Assembly: GCA_041666305.1 (NCBI GenBank)
Contig: JBAYHD010000002.1
Location: 64,684-128,683 of the forward strand
DNA: 64,000 nucleotides
Reading direction: 5' to 3'
From: Minisyncoccota bacterium
GTDB lineage: Bacteria; Patescibacteriota; Minisyncoccia; Phycocordibacterales; Phycocordibacteraceae
Positions 19,884 through 27,800 of the stretch are shown piece by piece. Numbering within the stretch: position 1 is the stretch's first letter; each line of letters opens with the position of its first letter. Below the pieces are notes generated by a model that was not told the DNA's origin, did not search any database, and worked only from the letters and a program-made list of their open reading frames with translations. Both the position numbers and the translations under genes were made by a program.

Positions 19884-20651
19884 TTATCGCACAGATGCCT
19901 CAAGTTTTTGCTTTAATTCTTCTATTTCATCCTTCAATTCCACCATCTTCAATTCGCGCCCTATCATTAATTCGTTGGCCCGTTCGAGATCGGTGACTTT
20001 TTCCTGCAATTCTCGTTCCCTCCTCTTGCGTTCAGTAATGTCTCTTGACACGCCGATAACACCCGTGATCTCTCCGGTATCACTCCGTATCGGTGTCACT
20101 ATTTCAAAGCAATATTCATTCACCGACCCCTCTTTGGTGTGGTGTACTTCTATAGAAACAGTCTTTCCATTCAGCGCCGAGTTGAACGCTTCTTTAAATT
20201 CAGTCTGGCTTTCAGGAGCGAGAGCTTCAATGAAGTTATGCCGCTTGGCATCCTCAACATCCTTGTAATGATGCTCCGCGAGCCCTCCTTTGTTTATGAA
20301 CGAGAGATTTCCTTTTGTGTCAAAAAGTTTGATGCAGTCGGGCGAGTTTTGCGCTAGTGCGGTGAACAATACATTTTCAACGGACAACACTTTATTTCTT
20401 TCAGATTCTTCCATATTTTTCCGGACCAGCGGCTTGAAAGCGAAGTAGTATAAGATCGGATACTCAATGAGCGTTAGCAACAGTGCATCAATGAAATTTT
20501 CCAGTGGTTGTATCGGCGGCAGATAGAACTGTATCAAAAACATAATGCCGAACTCCACAACGAAAATACTGACCAAAAGGACTATCAATAATCTGACAGG
20601 ATCAGAACTGAAAGGGACTCGTATCTTTTTTTCTTTTGGCGCCTCGTCCAT
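19884..20651 (-). CDS. membrane-anchored PAS-domain sensor protein without an output domain
   Basis: two TM helices, PAS fold, C-terminal coiled coil. Confidence 0.65.
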   Translation of the reverse strand: MDEAPKEKKIRVPFSSDPVRLLIVLLVSIFVVEFGIMFLIQFYLPPIQPLENFIDALLLTLIEYPILYYFAFKPLVRKNMEESERNKVLSVENVLFTALAQNSPDCIKLFDTKGNLSFINKGGLAEHHYKDVEDAKRHNFIEALAPESQTEFKEAFNSALNGKTVSIEVHHTKEGSVNEYCFEIVTPIRSDTGEITGVIGVSRDITERKRRERELQEKVTDLERANELMIGRELKMVELKDEIEELKQKLEASVR

Positions 20652-20665
20652 AGTGCGGGAGGCGC

Positions 20666-21037
20666 TTACTTGGCCTGCAGAAGAACGTTCTTTATTTTCT
20701 CAATGATCTCGTTGATAGGATGCTCTGACTTCACATAATAGTCGGCGGCGCCGAGCTGAAGCGAGCGTTTGATGTCGCTGTCTTCACCCAAATTGGAGAC
20801 GACGATGACCGGTATCACTTTCAGCTCCTCATCCTTCTTCAGCGCCTCAAGAACCTCAAAGCCGTTTTTCTTAGGTAACAGAAGGTCAAGTACTATGACA
20901 TCGGGCTTGAAACTTGCGGTAGAAACGAGGGCAGCTTCGCCGTCGCTCGCTACCTGAACTTCATAGCCGGATTTTTCCAATTTCTCTTGAAAAACTTTTG
21001 CGAGCACCTCCTCGTCTTCAACAATTAGGACTTTCAT
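20666..21037 (-). CDS. single-domain response regulator (receiver only)
   Basis: 'KVLIVEDEE', 'VIVLDLLLP', 'VSNLG..SD'. Confidence 0.8.
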   Translation of the reverse strand: MKVLIVEDEEVLAKVFQEKLEKSGYEVQVASDGEAALVSTASFKPDVIVLDLLLPKKNGFEVLEALKKDEELKVIPVIVVSNLGEDSDIKRSLQLGAADYYVKSEHPINEIIEKIKNVLLQAK

Positions 21038-21093
21038 ACTATTGACTATAGCAATGAATGGATAGCGTGCGCAAGCGGACCGTGGGGGGTATT

Positions 21094-23388
21094 CTAGCCC
21101 TTAGCTTGCTTCCTGATCTTGGCCAATACGGCCTTTGATTTCTTGTTTTCAGCGTCTGTCGCTTTCCTCCTCGCCTGTTCCTTGGCCAGCTTTTCTTTCG
21201 CCGTCTTTCTTTGCTTTGCGAGCGCAATTTCTGCCCTGTGTTTTTCAGCGAAAACAGTGCGTTCGATCATCTTCCTTCTCGCGGAGAGCGCGGTCCGCGT
21301 CTGACTGTTCTTTTTTTGCACGGCGTGCTCTTTCGCCCGTTTCTTCCGTAGGGTCGACTGCAATTTTTTCTTTTCTGCTATGACGATTCTCATCCGCTCT
21401 TTTTCACGGCGTATCGTTTCCTCTTCTTTTTTCTTACGAGCTGCGAGAGCAGTCTCAACTTGTTTGGCTTTAGCCCGAATTGCTTTCTCTTTTTCTCGCT
21501 CCTTACGAAGAGCTGTTTGCACTCTCCTTTTCGCATCAGCAACCAGTTTCTTTGCGCGCGTCTTTTCCTTCAGGAGAGCTCTTGCCTTCTTTCGTTTTTC
21601 CGCAGCGAGTGCTTTTTCTGCTTTCTTTTTCTCATTCGCGACGACTTTATCGGCGGCTTTTTTGCTTATCAGTGATGCGCTTGGCGCAGAATGTGCTTCT
21701 TTTTTATTTTCAAAAAATTCCGTCAATCCGCGGATTGCGTCCGCGTGCTTTATGCGTTCAGTTGCCATTACCTCTTCCGCAAGTTTTCGTTCTTCAACAA
21801 CGACCTCTTCCCTTTTTTGTTTTTCTATCTGTAGGGCCTTCGCTTCTTTTCTTTTTTCTTTGGCGAGAGCTGCCTCAGCTTGTCTCTTCAAAAGCCTCAA
21901 TCCTTCTGACTGATCCTTCGCTGAAAGGACCGCGTCGGCAAGACGTTTCTTCTCGGCGATGACTGCCTCGAATTTATTTTTTTCTGCCATGAGCTTTGCT
22001 TGGAAACGCTGCTTCTCACGAGCCAGTGCTGTTTCCGCAGCTTTGGCGCGACGCAATTCATCTTTCAGAGCAGTTTCCGCTTGATCCTTCAAAAGAAAAG
22101 CCTCGTCCGCTTGTTTTTTCTCCGAGAAAGCTTGTTCAGCAAATTGTTCTTTCTTTACGACCGCGCTGGCTGTTTTCGATTTTTCCTCGACTATCTTTGC
22201 GTTAACGCGTTTCTTTTCCCTCACCAGCGCTGCTTCGGCAGTCTCGGCGCGCTTCTTTTCTTCTGCGAGCTCTGCTTCCTTTATTTTTTCTTCGGCGAGC
22301 ACGGCGTCTGTGCGTTTCTTTTCCTTCGCGAGCGCCGCCTCAACCTCGCTCTTTAGGCGAAGCGCTTCCTCGGTTTGTTTCTTTGCCACGAGCACCTCCT
22401 CCGTCGTTTGCTTTTGTGCCGCTGTGGCCACGTCCGCCTCAGCGTATTGCCTCTTGATATCGGAAATAGCAGCTTTGGCCTTACTCTTTTCTTCAGCCAG
22501 TGCGACTTCCGCGTCCTCTGCACGCTTTTTTGTGTCCACAAGCGCTGCTTCGGCCTCGCTTTTCATGCGAAGAGCTTCTTCCGCTTGCTTTTTTGCTGCA
22601 AGGAACTCTTCTTCTGCACTGATTTTTGATGCAACAGTCTCCTCTTGAGATGGCTTCTTTTTAAGGTCGGAAATTATGGATTCAGACCGGTTCTTCTCCT
22701 CGGCCAACGCCGCTTCCGCGGCTTCTACATGCTTTCGTTCTAGAGCGAGTTCGTCCTCCGCTTGCTGTTTTTCCTTTTGGAGCTCGGCTTCCTTCTTTTC
22801 TTCTTCAGCAAGAGCATTTTCCGCTCGTTTCTTTTCCTCTTCAAGCGCCGCTTCTGCTTCGCTTTTCAGACGAAGAACTTCTTCCGCTTGCTTCGCCGCC
22901 GCGGAAACCTCTTCCGTTTGCTGTTTTTCTGTTGTCGCAGCCTCAGTTCCGACGGTTTCTTCCAACGGAACGGGAGTCGGCTCTTCTTTCGTTTCTGCGA
23001 CGGTAGTCGATATATCGATGCCTTTTTCCTCAAAATACGATTTAATCTTTGCGATCACTTCCTCGAACGGATGATCTGCTTTTACAAAATAATCCTTGGC
23101 ACCAAGCGACAACGCTGTCTTAATATCCTCGTCGCCTTGAAGATTCGACGTCACAAAAACGGGTATGTCCTGCAATGTCGGGCTTTCCTTCATTGCCTTC
23201 AACACGCCGAAGCCGTCCAGACGGGGCATCACGAGGTCCAATATCACCAGATCGATCTCGTGTTGCCGCAGTATGTTCAGCGCCTCCTCGCCGTCACCTG
23301 CCGTGAGAACATCCCACATTTGCGCCTCCAGCTTGCCCTGTTCTATGTGACGCAGGCTTTCATCATCTTCGGCGACGAGTATTCTCAT
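21094..23388 (-). CDS. response-regulator receiver domain fused to a ~640-aa K/E/A-rich repetitive coiled-coil tail (FrzS-like architecture)
   Basis: N-terminal REC ('ILVAEDDESL', 'LVILDLVMP'); remainder is a low-complexity Ala/Glu/Lys heptad-like repeat ('AKKQAEEALRMKSEAEAAL..KKRAEDAE.ALAEEK'). Confidence 0.75.
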   Translation of the reverse strand: MRILVAEDDESLRHIEQGKLEAQMWDVLTAGDGEEALNILRQHEIDLVILDLVMPRLDGFGVLKAMKESPTLQDIPVFVTSNLQGDEDIKTALSLGAKDYFVKADHPFEEVIAKIKSYFEEKGIDISTTVAETKEEPTPVPLEETVGTEAATTEKQQTEEVSAAAKQAEEVLRLKSEAEAALEEEKKRAENALAEEEKKEAELQKEKQQAEDELALERKHVEAAEAALAEEKNRSESIISDLKKKPSQEETVASKISAEEEFLAAKKQAEEALRMKSEAEAALVDTKKRAEDAEVALAEEKSKAKAAISDIKRQYAEADVATAAQKQTTEEVLVAKKQTEEALRLKSEVEAALAKEKKRTDAVLAEEKIKEAELAEEKKRAETAEAALVREKKRVNAKIVEEKSKTASAVVKKEQFAEQAFSEKKQADEAFLLKDQAETALKDELRRAKAAETALAREKQRFQAKLMAEKNKFEAVIAEKKRLADAVLSAKDQSEGLRLLKRQAEAALAKEKRKEAKALQIEKQKREEVVVEERKLAEEVMATERIKHADAIRGLTEFFENKKEAHSAPSASLISKKAADKVVANEKKKAEKALAAEKRKKARALLKEKTRAKKLVADAKRRVQTALRKEREKEKAIRAKAKQVETALAARKKKEEETIRREKERMRIVIAEKKKLQSTLRKKRAKEHAVQKKNSQTRTALSARRKMIERTVFAEKHRAEIALAKQRKTAKEKLAKEQARRKATDAENKKSKAVLAKIRKQAKG

Positions 23389-23412
23389 AAGGTATGCGTT
23401 CGATCGGGGTTG

Positions 23413-24876
23413 CTATGACTCTATCTCTTCCATGTTTTCGACTATATATTGCTTGTTCTTCGTTATACTGTCTGAAATGCGCGTGAGTACGATCTTCATT
23501 TCGTGCACTACTTGAGCGGTCAGGCCCGTATCATCCATTCGCGCCAATAGGTTGCCGACCTCTTTCTGAATGGCATCAAACGAGGTACGCACATCCCGTT
23601 GTGCGATAACAAGACGCCGCAATCGCTGTTCCTTTTGTTTCCGTCCTAAGTACCAGCCAAGCGCGCCGCTCGCAATGATCGCAAAAATGAGGATGAGGAT
23701 GAATGATGATTTGGTGACGCCGATGCCTCCGATCATGATGAGCGGGACTTCCGTAATATCCAACGTTACGCGGTTCTCGGTCGTATTCCCCGCCTTGTCT
23801 ACCGCTTGCACAACGAGACTATGCTTTCCCGCTTGCTGAGGAGAAAGCGTGTACTGCGTAAGCGTCGTCGTCGTCGCCAGATTGTTGTCGATCAGCACTT
23901 TGTAATTCAGTATGCCGGACGGTTGATCATTCGTCACAAAACGGATCGTCGGAGCGACATTCGCGGTCGTCAGACCATCGGGCGACGTAACCGCAAAGCC
24001 CAAGGGCGGAGTGGTGTCGATACCGATGCGATAATGCGCGGTCGAGCTCCACCCGAGAGAATTCTTGAATCGCACGTGCAGATACCATATGCCGTCGGAA
24101 AGAGGACTAAAGGTTTTATTGTTGAACAATCCTTCCGAGACCGTCGGATCAAATGCCGGCTGTTGGTTCACTGCCGTTGCGACATCGGTCACATCTCTGG
24201 GCAGGTCCCACTGCACGATGAATTTAGATACATCCGCATACCACGCTGTTGGATCGGGGTAGAGCGGAACGGTGAGAGTCGTTTTTGTCGGAAGCACCTT
24301 CGCTTCCACCACAGGACGCACGATCTGCTGAGGAGGCTTGATGACCGTAGGAGTTTGTGAGGTGGAGCTGGTGAGCTGCAGGCCGTTCATCGCTTTGAGC
24401 ACATTGGTTCCGCTGCCGTCGGAGGCCGTGACCGCACCATCGGTGAAGATGATGCTGACCGGACCCGCGCCGAGCACCTTGAATGCGATGCGAACCACTT
24501 CGAGCGCTTTGCCGGATATGCCGCTCTGGCTTCCGCCGATGAACGTAACCTGGCCGCTGTCATTTGAGAACGAGGGCCCCTGGAGCCAGAAATCAAACGC
24601 AGATGTGCTTTTGTCGATACCGGTCACTTGCACGGTCCCCTTCGGAAACGAGATAGTTCCCTGCGCGGCATTGACACCGACATCCGTGCTGTCGATCTTT
24701 ACGTCCACATTGAATGTGCTCCCCGCCGCAAACGTTTCTTTGTCAGTGGTGAGATTGTACGACGCAGCGAGCGCGTGGCTCGGTGCGGACGCGATGAACG
24801 CGATTGCGAGTAAGCTTCCGAGCACGAGCGTGCGTTTCGTGTATGTCATAGGTGAATTATACATCGACATTCCCAA
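23413..24876 (-). CDS. secreted/membrane-anchored surface protein with cohesin-like beta-sandwich domain (tentative), Ig-like region, C-terminal TM anchor
   Basis: signal peptide, alternating-hydrophobic beta-strand pattern 'FNVDVKIDS..GVNAAQGTISF', TM 'FILILIFAIIASGALGWYL' near the C-terminus. Confidence 0.55.
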   Translation of the reverse strand: MGMSMYNSPMTYTKRTLVLGSLLAIAFIASAPSHALAASYNLTTDKETFAAGSTFNVDVKIDSTDVGVNAAQGTISFPKGTVQVTGIDKSTSAFDFWLQGPSFSNDSGQVTFIGGSQSGISGKALEVVRIAFKVLGAGPVSIIFTDGAVTASDGSGTNVLKAMNGLQLTSSTSQTPTVIKPPQQIVRPVVEAKVLPTKTTLTVPLYPDPTAWYADVSKFIVQWDLPRDVTDVATAVNQQPAFDPTVSEGLFNNKTFSPLSDGIWYLHVRFKNSLGWSSTAHYRIGIDTTPPLGFAVTSPDGLTTANVAPTIRFVTNDQPSGILNYKVLIDNNLATTTTLTQYTLSPQQAGKHSLVVQAVDKAGNTTENRVTLDITEVPLIMIGGIGVTKSSFILILIFAIIASGALGWYLGRKQKEQRLRRLVIAQRDVRTSFDAIQKEVGNLLARMDDTGLTAQVVHEMKIVLTRISDSITKNKQYIVENMEEIES

Positions 24877-24878
24877 CG

Positions 24879-27800
24879 TTATTGTTTGAGAGTGCGGACA
24901 AAGATGCTCAAGTCGGTGACATCAACTTTTCCGTCGCCGTTGAGGTCGTCAAGTATGCGAACGGCCGTATCGGACGAAGAGAAACGCGAGAGGAAAATAC
25001 TCCAGTCCTGCACATTGATCACGCCGTCCTGATTGAAGTCGGTTTGCGGGGTGAGCAGTGTCGTCACATTGAACACCTTTTGGGGAGTATAATCGCTCTT
25101 CGCTCCAATGGGAGAAATTTGGCGTACACGGACGGTATGACTGCCGAGCGCGAGCGTACCGGTCGGGAGGAGCATTTTGTACGAACCGTCAGATTCGACG
25201 GGCGTTTCTGTAGGAATGGAAGTGCCATCAATTTCAGCTTCGACAGAATACCCGGGAATCGCCATTCCTACGAAACCAACCACATCATTTTGGCGGACGG
25301 TCGGATGCACGAGGCCCAAGGTCGGCGAAAGGAGACCGGCATCGAGATGGATGACCGGATTATTGCCTGAGTAACCCGCGTTGAACACTACGGTCTGGGT
25401 CGTGCGGCCGAGCGAGTCAATTCCAACAACGCCGTACGAACCGAGTCCGACCTGAATGTTTTTCAGCAACATCGAGAAGGCGCCGTTCGCTGCAGCGGTC
25501 GTCTGCGCCTGCAGTATCGACCCTTTCGGCGATACAGAGAGAACTTGTATTTTCGCGCCCGGAAATGCCAATCCCGAAAGTTGCTCGCCAATAACAATCG
25601 TTATTCCGGGAGCAACGGCGGTGGCGCTTACGCCCGACGACGGTGCGACAGGAGTTGCCGAGAATGTGATCTCCTGCGTCGAAGACACGTCGAGGTTCGT
25701 CCCTTCACTGTCAGACAGCGAGAGAGTCACTGTTTCGGGAGAAGTGTCCTGTAAGGACGCCGTTCCAACGCCGTTAACCATGGTCACGAGTCCGGCGCCG
25801 GTCGCCGAGCCAGTCACCAGGAGCGTCACGCCGGATTGGATCGTGGTGTCCACATTGCCGGAATTATCTTGCGCTTCGATGGTCACTGTTGCCGGCGTTC
25901 CGACCTGAACGGTCGAAGGTGGCAGAATGACGAAACGAGTGGCGACGATTGGTATCGTGCTCACCGTCACTGAATCAACAGCATCGAGGATGCCGGTGGA
26001 ACCATTCGGCGCGCCCGAACTGTCAGAAGCAGTGACCAGCCAGGTGCCGGGCTCTGCGTCGTAATACCAGAAATCGCCTGACGAATTGCCGTCATTGATA
26101 GTAGCGAAGGCTGTCGGTGCTCCGCCGACTGCCGCTGAATAAAATGCGGTTGTCGTCCCCGTCGAAGATGAACACAGGTACGCGAGCGTCACGCCCGCGG
26201 TAGTGGGATTATTGAACTGATCTTCGCGGGTCACGGTGTATCCGAGGCGCGTGCTGACTGTCATATTGCCGGGATCATTCAAGAGGAATTTCGCGACAGC
26301 GGCCGGCTGAATAGTAATCGCATCACTCGCATCGGCTACGCCCGCGCTATCCGGCGCGCTCGAGCTATCAGACACCGTTATGTACCAGTCGCCCGCTTTC
26401 TCATCGTATGCCCAGAAGCTGATTGCTGAAACGCCATCCGGAATGACAATGGATGTAATTGCGCTGCCACCGCTCGCGGCGTCATAGAATTTTTTGTTGA
26501 CGCCATCGGAGGTGCTATAGAGATACGCCGTTGTTGCGCCGGCCGTGACCAAATTTCCGTACTGATCTTTACGACTGACGGTGTATCCGATCCTCGCTCC
26601 CGCCGCCACGTCTCCGGGATTATTAAGCGCGAATTGCGCGACCGCTCCGGCAGCGAAGGTCACTCCTTGAGTCGAAGACACGTTAAGATTTGTCGTTTGA
26701 CTGTCAACAAGTGACAGCGTGACGACTTCAGGAACCGTATCGGATATCGGGATCGTTCCGACACCGCTTGCAATGGTCACGAGCCCTCCGCCAGTCGCCG
26801 TGCCGCTTGTGTTGAGCGTCACTCCGATATTTTGAGTGGTGTCCACATTGCCGGAATTATCTTGTGCCTGCACCGTAACGGTAATCGGCGCGTCAACGGT
26901 ACCACTCGTCGGAGGAAGTATCACAATGCGTGTCGCGACAATAGGAGCCGCGGTAACCCCCACCGAGTCGGTAGCGTCAGCGACGCCGCTCAATCCATCT
27001 GGGACGGATGGATTATCAGAAGCGGTCACGGTCCATGTCCCGAGATTTGAATCGGCATACCACACTTGGGCAGATGACTGGCCGTCCGGAATGGTGATTG
27101 AAGTGATCACCGTGCCGTTCGTATCAGCGTCATAGAACGCAGGAGTATCGACTCCGGTCGAATTGCTATACATATATACCGTTGTAGCGCCGTCAGTAAC
27201 TAGGTTATTGAATTGGTCCTTTCGAGTCACGGTGTAGCCAAGGCGCGTATCGGCAGTCATGTCGCCCGGATTATTGAGCGAGAAAGAGGCAACCGAACCT
27301 GCAGTCACCACAAGAGAGTCGGTGGCATCGTTGATGCCGGTGTTGCCGTCCGGTGCAGATATATTATCGGAAGCGGTCACAGTCCATGTTCCCGGCAACT
27401 CGTCGTAATACCAGACATCCGCCGTTGATTGACCGTCACTTATGGTGATTGAAGTTATTTCAGTGCCGTTTATCGCGGCATTATAAAATTTCTTATTCAC
27501 ACCGGTCGATGAACTGTAGAGATACACGACATTTGAACCGAGAGAACTCACATTGCCGTATTGGTCTTTGCGCGTAATCGTGTATGCCGCACGCTCGCCC
27601 GCAGCCAATGTTGCTGGGTGATTGAGCGTGAACTGTGAGACCGTTCCGCCGGCAAACACAACTGACTGCGTCGACGAAACATCCAAGCCGGTACTCTGTG
27701 AGTCAGTCAAAGAGAGATCCACGGTCTCGGCAACCGTATCTGAAATGGATAGTGTTCCAACACCGTTGATGATATCTACCAATCCTCCGCCGGTAGCGGA

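Noticed and set aside
21119-23418. Plus-strand ORFs (up to 218 aa) antisense to the REC/K-E-A-rich coiled-coil gene
   Set aside because: Low-complexity Ser/Ala/Phe-rich translations of the reverse complement of a GAA/AAG/GCN-rich repeat. No start context, and entirely nested in a better gene.
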